6,843 nucleotides of DNA, taken from Vitrella brassicaformis CCMP3155. Lineage: Eukaryota; Protista; Chromerida. Positions within the stretch are counted from its first letter, which is position 1. The number at the start of each line of letters is the position of its first letter. A model generated the notes under the pieces. It was not told the origin of the DNA. It searched no databases and saw nothing but the letters and a program-made list of their open reading frames with translations. Below are positions 6,459 through 6,843 of this stretch, piece after piece. Made by a program: the position numbers and the translations under genes. The stretch is from the NCBI GenBank assembly GCA_001179505.1, contig CDMY01000995.1, forward strand, positions 1 through 6,843, given 5' to 3'.

Positions 6459-6597
6459 TCCGAGTGCGTCGAATCGAGAGCGGGTGGTACTCACCACCGC
6501 CCAGTGACACCTGTCAGAGGTTCGCAGGAGGCGGCTCGTGATCCGCTCCTGTCCAGCTACCACCCTACCAGTCAGATGAAGACAGACCAAGAAAGGC

Positions 6598-6843
6598 ATG
6601 GGCGTTAAGCTCATTCTCTTTGTCGTCTCGCTTGTCGGTGTGTGTGTGTACAGTTGGTTCACTGTCAGCAGCACGACAGCGATGGCGACGACCATCCTCT
6701 CCCTGCTTCTGGTACTCTTCCTCGCGTCGCGCTATGATGCGCAAGGTGGCGAAGAGATTCGCCTGGACGGGAAGCTGATACCGAAGTTCGACGGCGATCG
6801 AAACAACTTTTCGACGTTCGTGCGGGATCTCCAGATTGCGGCC
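6598..6843 (+). CDS. gag: Gag-like ORF, N-terminal 82 aa, running off the window end; two hydrophobic segments precede the Gag motif
   Basis: MGVKLILFVVSLVGVCVYSWFTVSSTTAMATTILSLLLVLFLASRYDAQGGEEIRLDGKLIPKFDGDRNNFSTFVRDLQIAA. An in-frame stop lies upstream at 6577-6579 and a second ATG at 6682. IPKFDG..NF..F resembles the N-terminal motif of LTR-retrotransposon Gag, and the ORF lies downstream of the LTR and PBS on the same strand. Confidence 0.65.
   Translation, partial: MGVKLILFVVSLVGVCVYSWFTVSSTTAMATTILSLLLVLFLASRYDAQGGEEIRLDGKLIPKFDGDRNNFSTFVRDLQIAA

Noticed and set aside
1-6843. tRNA, rRNA, hammerhead ribozyme or transposase genes
   Set aside because: I found no cloverleaf, rRNA-like segment, CTGANGA hammerhead core or DDE transposase-like frame by eye on either strand.

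Overview
Eukaryotic, repeat-dense window made of nested or decayed mobile DNA, with no intact host gene. The (TG)n/(CA)n-rich composition, short GT-AG introns and CCCTAAA telomere-type repeat suggest a protist, possibly a chromerid/alveolate such as Vitrella; that assignment is inference only. From left to right: (1) a Ty1/copia reverse transcriptase fragment cut off before RNase H; (2) three copies of a ~600-640 bp non-coding repeat (A + 1030-1673, B - 3890-4497, C + 5431-5808), each with a CA/TG-rich part and a 20-21 bp array built from alternately inverted heptamers; (3) a hairpin-rich stretch containing (CCCTAAA)3; (4) the frameshifted 3' end of a LINE with a CCHC knuckle and an (AACG)6 tail; (5) two in-phase exons of a pepsin-family protease between inverted copies B and C, resembling a Pack-type TIR element; (6) a copia-like LTR element inserted into copy C, with a 197 bp LTR, a half-tRNA-iMet-type PBS and a Gag-like ORF, missing from the ORF track, that starts with two hydrophobic helices. 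The best leads are the membrane-anchor-like Gag N-terminus and the long-TIR element carrying spliced host exons. All alignments and counts were done by eye; no database searches were run.
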